Positions 58,330 to 64,000 of a stretch of DNA of 64,000 bases are shown here, in pieces. The notes beneath the pieces are model-generated. The model worked only from the letters and a program-made list of their open reading frames with translations, was not told the origin of the DNA and did not search any database. Numbering within the stretch: position 1 is the stretch's first letter; the number at the start of each line of letters is the position of its first letter. This stretch comes from a virus. Location of the stretch: the IMG/VR virus record IMGVR_UViG_3300025646_005470, one strand, 5' to 3'. A program made the position numbers and the translations under genes.

Positions 58330-59397
58330 TTATGCCTCCACGTCAGCAGTTTCCTCTGCTTGTACATCAGACTTAGCAGTTCCCCACTCAGCCATAATTA
58401 AATCAAGATTTTCTCCTGTCCAATCTTTTCTGTAGTGTTTATGTTCTTTGCCAAATCTATCAACATATTTAAGTCTATTACCATCTTTGGTCAACAGTCC
58501 TTTTTTCTCACAAAGATCAACTAAACCACTGTATGGGTCCATTCCTGCTTCATATGGAATTTTTACCTGTACACTTTCAAACGGTTTATTAAATCTTGTT
58601 TTCATAACTTTAACTGCTGATCTAATACCAGTAACATCAGATATTTTGTTTCCACTTTCATCTTCTTTTAATTTAAGTTTTTTCATAGCAATCACAACTG
58701 AACTTGCATACACAAATCCTTGTCCGCCACTAATCTTATCATCTGGATCAAACATATCTTGTGATGCGTATGTGTGGTTAGTTGCTACTAAACCAATGTT
58801 TAGTTCTGCAAACATGTTCACACAATTTCTAATAAGTGCTGTAAGTGCCTTAGGTTTTCTACCCATGTCACCTTTTAAATCACCCTTATCAAATTGATCC
58901 TTGTCTGTTTGTGTTAACAACATACCTAAACTATCTATTACAAACATAACTTTTGGTCTTTCGTTGTGTTCTAAAGACCCATAGTCTGCTCTGTAATTTG
59001 TTACAAACTCAGAAATAGTTTTTGCTACATCATCAATCATTGCAACATTAATACGCATTAATTTATCCGGTGATGTGTCTACGTTAAGTGCTTGTAACCA
59101 TCTTTCATCTAATGCATTTTCAGAATCAAACACAATACAAAATATACCTTGATCCTGTGCATTTTTAATAATGTTACCTGATGCAATCAAACTCTTACCA
59201 GAACCTGATTCACCTGCTAACATTGTTACACGACCTAGCGGAACACCTTTGTTAAAGTCACCACTAATCAAATAGTTTAGAGTATAATTACCTGTTGATA
59301 TCCATGTGTCTGGATCAGATTCAAAGCCAACAGATATACCACCAATACTTTTTGTTACTGACTTTCTAAATTTACTTACGTCAAATGGTCTTACCAT
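58330..59397 (-). CDS. uvsX: UvsX/RecA recombinase
   Basis: WISTGNYTLN, AGESGSGKS, DSENALD, VIDSLG, ISGG, KTRF; start set at MVRPF. Confidence 0.93.
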   Translation of the reverse strand: MVRPFDVSKFRKSVTKSIGGISVGFESDPDTWISTGNYTLNYLISGDFNKGVPLGRVTMLAGESGSGKSLIASGNIIKNAQDQGIFCIVFDSENALDERWLQALNVDTSPDKLMRINVAMIDDVAKTISEFVTNYRADYGSLEHNERPKVMFVIDSLGMLLTQTDKDQFDKGDLKGDMGRKPKALTALIRNCVNMFAELNIGLVATNHTYASQDMFDPDDKISGGQGFVYASSVVIAMKKLKLKEDESGNKISDVTGIRSAVKVMKTRFNKPFESVQVKIPYEAGMDPYSGLVDLCEKKGLLTKDGNRLKYVDRFGKEHKHYRKDWTGENLDLIMAEWGTAKSDVQAEETADVEA

Positions 59398-59414
59398 AAT
59401 ATCTCCTTGTCTGC

Positions 59415-59442
59415 AATAGTGCATAGTTGCCTACGCACTATT
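59415..59442 (-). other. 12-bp GCAA-tetraloop hairpin between gp32 and uvsX
   Basis: AATAGTGCGTAG-GCAA-CTATGCACTATT, no U-tract. Confidence 0.6.
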
Positions 59443-59455
59443 ACTATATACGATT

Positions 59456-60457
59456 TTATTTGCTTTGTCTAGCTCTGATCATTGCCAAAATATCATCTGC
59501 TGATGGTTTTGACTTATCTTCAGTTGCTGTTGCTGTAGCAGTTGCCACTTCTGGCTGTGCCGCAGGTGCAGGTGTTTCTGTTACAGGAGCCGCAGTTACT
59601 GGTGCTTCTACTTTTGGAGCAGGAGCAGTTGTTGCCGCTGGTGCTGTTTCAGTTGCTGTACTTGGTGATGATGCCATACCAGCTGGTCTGTAATACTGAC
59701 CAAATCTGCTTTCATCATATAACTCACCGTCAACAGATGCTTTAAACATTTCTGCAATAACTTTTACTTCTTCTGCAGAAGGTTTCTTAGGAAGATAATC
59801 ACTTAGATTAAACAAACCATTTGAGTCAACTGCTGATCTTTCACTGTCACTGATTGATCTTTCTTTGAAAGACCAAGTTGAAGTTGAATAATCTGCATAA
59901 CCACCTTTTTGAGTTTTGGTTAATTTAAAGTCTCTACCTTTTTCAATATCAGTTGGCAGATCTTCCATGTCTGGATTCATCAATGCTGATCTGATAATGT
60001 TAAAGATTGACGGATTAATTACAAAACGTCTAATTGGATTTTCTGGTGTTGACTCTTCATCCAGTGGAGAGTTAACAACAAAACCTTGGAAGATATAACT
60101 TCTTTTCTTCCAATACTTACGACCCATGTCTTCTAAACTTGGATCTTTAAACCATGGACGTATTTCACTTAATACTGGGCATGGTTCACCCCACATTTCC
60201 ATACAAGGAACCTGTACTGATGTTGGTTTTGCTTCAGACTGACCTTTGATACCAGCAAATGGTAATCTAATCATTTGTCTTTCAACCCAAAAGAAAGTAT
60301 TGTTTGGATCTTTGTCTGCTAAAAATCTTAGTGTTGCTGTTGTGCCTTCAGGAATATTCCAGAACGGATAAATTGCGTTGTCGCCTCCTGAACTATTTGG
60401 TGAACGTTTTACTTCTTGTTCTTGAAGTTTTGCTCTTATTTCTGCTAGAGTTGCCAT
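59456..60457 (-). CDS. Single-stranded DNA-binding protein (gp32-like)
   Basis: LRFL.D, YWKKRSYIFQG, GRDFKL, GYADYS.S. Confidence 0.85.
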   Translation of the reverse strand: MATLAEIRAKLQEQEVKRSPNSSGGDNAIYPFWNIPEGTTATLRFLADKDPNNTFFWVERQMIRLPFAGIKGQSEAKPTSVQVPCMEMWGEPCPVLSEIRPWFKDPSLEDMGRKYWKKRSYIFQGFVVNSPLDEESTPENPIRRFVINPSIFNIIRSALMNPDMEDLPTDIEKGRDFKLTKTQKGGYADYSTSTWSFKERSISDSERSAVDSNGLFNLSDYLPKKPSAEEVKVIAEMFKASVDGELYDESRFGQYYRPAGMASSPSTATETAPAATTAPAPKVEAPVTAAPVTETPAPAAQPEVATATATATEDKSKPSADDILAMIRARQSK

Positions 60458-60467
60458 TTTATTTTCT

Positions 60468-60513
60468 CCTATATTAGCCTATATTAGCCTCTGTTAGTAT
60501 ATGTTAGCCTATA
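60468..60513 (-). repeat. AGGCTAA repeats in the gp32 leader
   Basis: TATAGGCTAACATATACTAACAGAGGCTAATATAGGCTAATATAGGAG. Confidence 0.75.
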
Positions 60514-60544
60514 ATTAAATAATGCTTTGCTTAACATTATCTAC

Positions 60545-60574
60545 TATTATATTTATTATCTTTTGATTTGTCAA
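60545..60574 (-). promoter_or_regulatory. Sigma70-type promoter with overlapping TAAATA (gp32)
   Basis: TTGACA-17 nt-TATAAT; ends approximate. Confidence 0.65.
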
Positions 60575-60615
60575 GCGATTTTTAGAAGAATTTTATCTAA
60601 ATTTTAAAAGGAGTA

Positions 60616-63600
60616 TTAAAGACCTGCTAGAGTTTTAATTCTTTGAATGTTTTCGTTGCTTTTTTCTAACTCATCAGCAATTGCATTTAACCATCCTGAT
60701 TCTTCTGGACGTCTATCGCCGTCTGATACATCAGCATAACCAATTGAGTCTGCTTCTTGTCTTAGCATTGCAACTATTTCTTTTGTGGATTTACCAGCAA
60801 ATTGACCTTTGCCTTGTTTACCATCTTCAATTTCACTCATAACAGCATCTTTGTATTCTTCCCACTCGCCTTGAGCGTCCATTCTCATGCTGTTCCATTC
60901 GTCTTTTGCAATTCTGTCCATGTCTGCTTGTGACATAGGCTCTTCTTTTACGCCTTTGATTTTCGCTGTTACGGCTTTGAATTGTTGATACAGTGTTTTG
61001 ATCTTTGATGCAAACTTTTTATCCACTAGCACAGCATCACCTTGTCCTGCAAACCCACCTGGTTGTGCTTGGCTGACTGCTGTGGACACAGTGTCAATAA
61101 AGTCCTCATAAAAATCGTAACCTGGAATACCGGACATATCCAAATATTGAAGAACATCACCATATGAGAACATATCGTCCTCTGAAACTTCTTCACCAGC
61201 CATTATGGTTTGATAAATGTCTTTCATGTTCCACAGTGCGGCATTTACCAATGCTGGATGATCTTCACCTTCGTTGTGATCATAAGGGTTGTCGTTGATT
61301 CCTGTGGCTCTTCTGGTTTTGCCTTTTTTGCCATATGCTACAGTGCCTGTGCTCATGTCATCTTCACCTAAAAAATTAACGCCCATGGATTTCAGCATTT
61401 GATAGACCATCTCCAGAGTGTCTTCACCACCTTGGCCAATGGTGCCAAACATCTCTTCAATTTCATCGTGCATGGCTTTGGTTATGGGCATGTACTTCAT
61501 TACTTGATCAATTTCCATTGAATCTGCTTTGTCCTCACCAAACTTATCAACCACTGCCGCCCATTCATTTTCTTCATAGGCATCTGTGAGTATGCCTGTG
61601 TCTGTCCATGCTTTGATCATTCCCCAAACAAGATTATCATAATTGTTTGATTGATACTTGCTGTATTTGTCATACCATGCCTTGAGTTTATTCTTGTCTA
61701 CTTTTTTTGCTCTTGCTCTTAATCTTGCTTCTGCATCTGCTACTTCTTTGTCTTGTGCTTGTATATTTCTTTTCAAGGCATCCATATCTTGCTCATCGTT
61801 CTCTGCTAGGCCAAAACCCACAACATCGTCGCCTAAAATCTTTGCCGCTTCTCTGCAGTTGTCTTCGTCAATTTCAGACACACCCATTATTTTCTTGTAG
61901 TCTTCTTGCATGGCGTGTGTGATGGGCAACATTTTGGCAAATTTTTCTGGATTAGCAAATAGATCTTGTTCAGCTTCGTATTTGTCACCGCCTATGGCTT
62001 TAACTGCTTTTGCGAATTCATTGGCTTCTACACCGTCTGTTAAAATGCCTGTATCTATGTAGGCCTTCAACATACCTGCTGGTAGCTCATCTGCATTGTT
62101 GCCTTTATATTTTTTGTATTTGTTGAACCAATCTTGGAGTGCTGACTTGTCTACTGCTTCATTAACATCTTCGCCCATACCACGATCTTGCATTTTAGCC
62201 TTTAGATTGTGCATGTCATCTTCAAGCTCTTGTTTTCGTTTCATTAACTCTTTTTTAAGTTCTGGATCTTTTGCTGTGTTTGGATTTAATTGAATATCTT
62301 GTAGTGCTTTTTTCTTTGCTAGAATATTCTGCATTTGTGCTTTGAAATCTTTTGTGTCTTGATATTGACCTAGTGTTTTTGCTACAGATTCATCTGCTTT
62401 AGAAAGTTTTTGAATTTCATGACAGTTACAGTGTTCGCAATCTGGACCGCATGAACATTCCATCACTGGTTTGCCACAACATGCTTCTGGACACATTAAT
62501 TCACCGTCTACTTTTCTTTCTATTAATGATTCATCTTCACCATATGGTGCAACCATTTCTTCTAATTCTTTTTCTGGATTAGGAATAACGTCTTCTGCTT
62601 TTGGTAATTTATCTAATTCAGGTTTAACAGTTTTCATTTTTACACCTTGGATAATTGCTTTTGCAGTTTCTTTTTCCCATGGTTGAATTTGATATGTTTC
62701 TGGATCTTGTTTGATCTTCATTTGAATGTTTGGATCAGTTGCATAACTTGTAAACTTGTCTGAAAGTCTTGCAAGGAACACACTCATTTCATCATCTTTG
62801 ATTTTAGCCGCTAAGTCTGAAAGTCTATATGCCACTTTTGCATCTTTGTTTGTGAATGAACCAACTTTTTCTGGATCATATTCTTGCTGTGTAGCATTTG
62901 GGGCATGCATGTCTACAGGATCACCTGCTTTGATCTTTGCCATAATTCTATCTGCTAATGCTTTTGATGAATTATCTTGCTCTGCTTTTGCTTCATCAAC
63001 AATTGATTGTAATAAAGGAAGTACTTCACCAATCTTTTCATCAAATTTTGTAACTGTAAATTTGTTTTTTAATTCTTCAAGTGCTTCAATTGTTGGTTGT
63101 ACCGTTTCACTTGCTTTGTAGTTTTCTTTAAAGTCAGCATAACCAGTTGCTGTGGTTAGTTTATGAACTGTATTTTTAATTTTTGCAATTTTGTCATTTA
63201 CTAATGGCAATATATCTGCCGCTTGTTCTTGCACTTGTTCAAAACGTCTTGCGAATTTTGTAACTTCTTTTAATTTTGCCAATTGATCTGATAGGTTAAC
63301 AATTGCTTCACCAACTTCATCATGTGGTTTACCACCAGCATGTACGTGACGTGCCATTGCTCTTGCACCATTTAAATGAATGTGTGGATATTTAAATCTT
63401 TCGCCTTCTGATGTTTCTACAAAAATACCTTGAATGTTTCTCGATCTAGCACCTCTGCTGTTTTCATCAACTGCTTTGTTGTGTCTTACAATCACTTTAA
63501 CACCTTCAAGTTTTTGTTCACTTGTTTTTGTTGATCCTTGTAATGGTGTATAACCTTCTGTTTGTAACTCGCTCATATCTATTTCATTCCTATTTTGATC

Positions 63601-63930
63601 AATTTTAAATGCATAGTTTTTTGGCTTTAGTTCTTTGCCAAATATTCTATGATCAAAATCAAGCATATAGCTCTTTGCAATATGCTTTATGTTATTTATA
63701 ACTCCTTTGACTTTTTCGTCTGTTTTTTCAGCACCTTGATGTAGTTTAATTTCGCTGTTATCTGCGTCTACATGCACCATATAATTGGGCATTTTCACAT
63801 AAAAGTAGCGAGAAAGCTCTGGATTCACTGTTTCGTTGCCTGTAGATGCGTCATACATCTTAACATCGTGTCCAGATCCTTTGATAATTTTAAAAATCTT
63901 GTTTGCTACTGTGTCAATATTAACTGCCAT
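60616..63930 (-). CDS. 1104-aa modular protein, putative internal head polyprotein
   Basis: Internal ~90-100 aa repeat; ends NENIQRIKTLAGL; CATAAATA upstream. Confidence 0.55.
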   Translation of the reverse strand: MAVNIDTVANKIFKIIKGSGHDVKMYDASTGNETVNPELSRYFYVKMPNYMVHVDADNSEIKLHQGAEKTDEKVKGVINNIKHIAKSYMLDFDHRIFGKELKPKNYAFKIDQNRNEIDMSELQTEGYTPLQGSTKTSEQKLEGVKVIVRHNKAVDENSRGARSRNIQGIFVETSEGERFKYPHIHLNGARAMARHVHAGGKPHDEVGEAIVNLSDQLAKLKEVTKFARRFEQVQEQAADILPLVNDKIAKIKNTVHKLTTATGYADFKENYKASETVQPTIEALEELKNKFTVTKFDEKIGEVLPLLQSIVDEAKAEQDNSSKALADRIMAKIKAGDPVDMHAPNATQQEYDPEKVGSFTNKDAKVAYRLSDLAAKIKDDEMSVFLARLSDKFTSYATDPNIQMKIKQDPETYQIQPWEKETAKAIIQGVKMKTVKPELDKLPKAEDVIPNPEKELEEMVAPYGEDESLIERKVDGELMCPEACCGKPVMECSCGPDCEHCNCHEIQKLSKADESVAKTLGQYQDTKDFKAQMQNILAKKKALQDIQLNPNTAKDPELKKELMKRKQELEDDMHNLKAKMQDRGMGEDVNEAVDKSALQDWFNKYKKYKGNNADELPAGMLKAYIDTGILTDGVEANEFAKAVKAIGGDKYEAEQDLFANPEKFAKMLPITHAMQEDYKKIMGVSEIDEDNCREAAKILGDDVVGFGLAENDEQDMDALKRNIQAQDKEVADAEARLRARAKKVDKNKLKAWYDKYSKYQSNNYDNLVWGMIKAWTDTGILTDAYEENEWAAVVDKFGEDKADSMEIDQVMKYMPITKAMHDEIEEMFGTIGQGGEDTLEMVYQMLKSMGVNFLGEDDMSTGTVAYGKKGKTRRATGINDNPYDHNEGEDHPALVNAALWNMKDIYQTIMAGEEVSEDDMFSYGDVLQYLDMSGIPGYDFYEDFIDTVSTAVSQAQPGGFAGQGDAVLVDKKFASKIKTLYQQFKAVTAKIKGVKEEPMSQADMDRIAKDEWNSMRMDAQGEWEEYKDAVMSEIEDGKQGKGQFAGKSTKEIVAMLRQEADSIGYADVSDGDRRPEESGWLNAIADELEKSNENIQRIKTLAGL

Positions 63931-63948
63931 ACTAGTATTTATGCTTTC

Positions 63949-64000
63949 CTATATAATTATTGGCATTGGTTCTTGATAATCATCGTCATCATCAAGAGTT
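63949..64000 (-). CDS. 3' end of an upstream gene (partial)
   Basis: ...TLDDDDDYQEPMPIII*. Confidence 0.4.
   Translation of the reverse strand, partial: TLDDDDDYQEPMPIII

Noticed and set aside
59427-59693. Ala/Gly/Val-rich plus-strand ORF resembling a membrane peptide
   Set aside because: It is the antisense reading of the Ala/Thr/Pro-rich gp32 tail and spans the hairpin.
549-63121. Numerous plus-strand ORFs of 60-135 aa in the track
   Set aside because: They lie antisense to well-supported minus-strand genes and lack SD sites or motifs, so they are shadow ORFs. Only 49697..50071 and 57175..57417 are accepted.
1-64000. Bacterial chromosome or prophage interpretation
   Set aside because: Host-like genes lack their usual operon partners (rplK without rplA/nusG, infC without rpmI/rplT, sufB without sufC/S) and are interleaved with T4-like core genes. 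No integrase or att site was seen.
1-64000. Stop-codon reassignment
   Set aside because: Conserved genes are full length in code 11, and TAG/TGA occur at expected gene ends. No suppressor tRNA: the anticodons are GTC, TAC and TGA (Ser).

Overview
AT-rich, gene-dense 64 kb segment, almost all on the minus strand, from a large T4-like (jumbo-type) dsDNA phage. The host is probably a marine alphaproteobacterium, inferred from the style of the host-like genes. Core phage genes: gp32-like SSB, UvsX/RecA, UvsY-like, UvsW helicase, gp41-like helicase, primase, ThyX, NrdA/NrdB, exonuclease, PAAR, putative head/tail proteins and TATAAATA late promoters. Around these lies an unusually rich host-takeover complement. 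Translation: uL11, bS21, IF-3, RimK, Smr, CspA and three tRNAs. Proteostasis: ClpX, two ClpP, ClpS, Hsp20. Iron/Fe-S: FTR1, NfuA, SufT, SufB, SufD, FdxA. Membrane: SbmA and a MotA/TolQ-type trio. Metabolism: ALDH, Leu/Phe/Val dehydrogenase, NadE, SpeD, MtnN, QueD. The left end holds a radical SAM/amidinotransferase/methyltransferase/glycosyltransferase island. Non-obvious signals found by reading the DNA: a preQ1-like pseudoknot leader and an operator-like inverted repeat upstream of queD; a tandem allele-capture duplication behind nrdB; an A9 frameshift; a 195-aa mini-DnaE; a ligase-motif protein with a putative capsid-targeting leader; a modular 1104-aa putative head polyprotein; and repeats in the gp32 leader. 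All product calls come from motif recognition by eye; no database searches were run.
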